DNA from: Polyangia bacterium
Lineage (GTDB): Bacteria > Myxococcota_A > Polyangia > JAAYKL01
Reading direction: 5' to 3'
Assembly: GCA_050287845.1 (NCBI GenBank)
Contig: JBNKCR010000074.1
Location: 1 to 14,799, forward strand
DNA: 14,799 nucleotides
Shown here: one piece after another, positions 14,690 to 14,799 of the stretch
Position numbering within the stretch: the first letter of the stretch is position 1
Layout of the letters: the number at the start of each line of letters is the position of its first letter
Program-made: the position numbers and the translations under genes
The notes under the pieces: model-generated
Databases searched by the model: none
Told to the model about the DNA's origin: nothing
Seen by the model: the letters and a program-made list of their open reading frames with translations, nothing else

Positions 14690-14799
14690 ATGGGACAAAG
14701 ACCGCGATGGTTCAAACCGGATACCGTTTACGAACAGACACAGAGAACCGTGGACAGACAGTTTCTGTTTGCCCCCATCCCCGGCGTTCGCAACGCCAT
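14690..14799 (+). CDS. RAYT-like / IS200-superfamily Y1 HUH transposase, 5' partial
   Basis: Not in the ORF track. Strong RBS; my translation is MGQRPRWFKPDTVYEQTQRTVDRQFLFAPIPGVRNA, which fits the RAYT N-terminal pattern M.R.PR...P...Y.(V)T.R...R.F.F.P. The HUH and Tyr motifs lie outside the window. Confidence 0.7.
   Translation, partial: MGQRPRWFKPDTVYEQTQRTVDRQFLFAPIPGVRNA

Overview
Mosaic accessory region. The lipoprotein style (Asp/Thr/Ser stalks, a 'GCGRIEF' lipobox) suggests a deltaproteobacterium or myxobacterium, but that is inference. Intact cargo: five predicted lipoproteins with long acidic low-complexity linkers (a clan-CD peptidase-like protein, an unknown protein, two tandem GH29 alpha-L-fucosidases and a right-handed beta-helix protein), a TIP30-like SDR and a long coiled-coil protein. 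Between these genes lie many remnants: an internally deleted NmrA-like SDR, a GH5 C-terminal tail missed by the ORF track, ISAzo13 and IS4 transposase fragments, a group II intron maturase tail and the C-terminal part of an AbiEii-type toxin. Most remnants end at short REP-like tracts with a core such as TGTCCC/GACCC/ATCCCC followed by nested, 'stuttered' partial copies. The largest tract lies upstream of a RAYT-like (Y1 HUH) transposase gene that starts at 14690 and runs off the window. The main hypothesis is a RAYT/REP-driven nicking and shuffling system that truncates genes and assembles surface-lipoprotein cargo. All family assignments come from motif recognition, not database searches.
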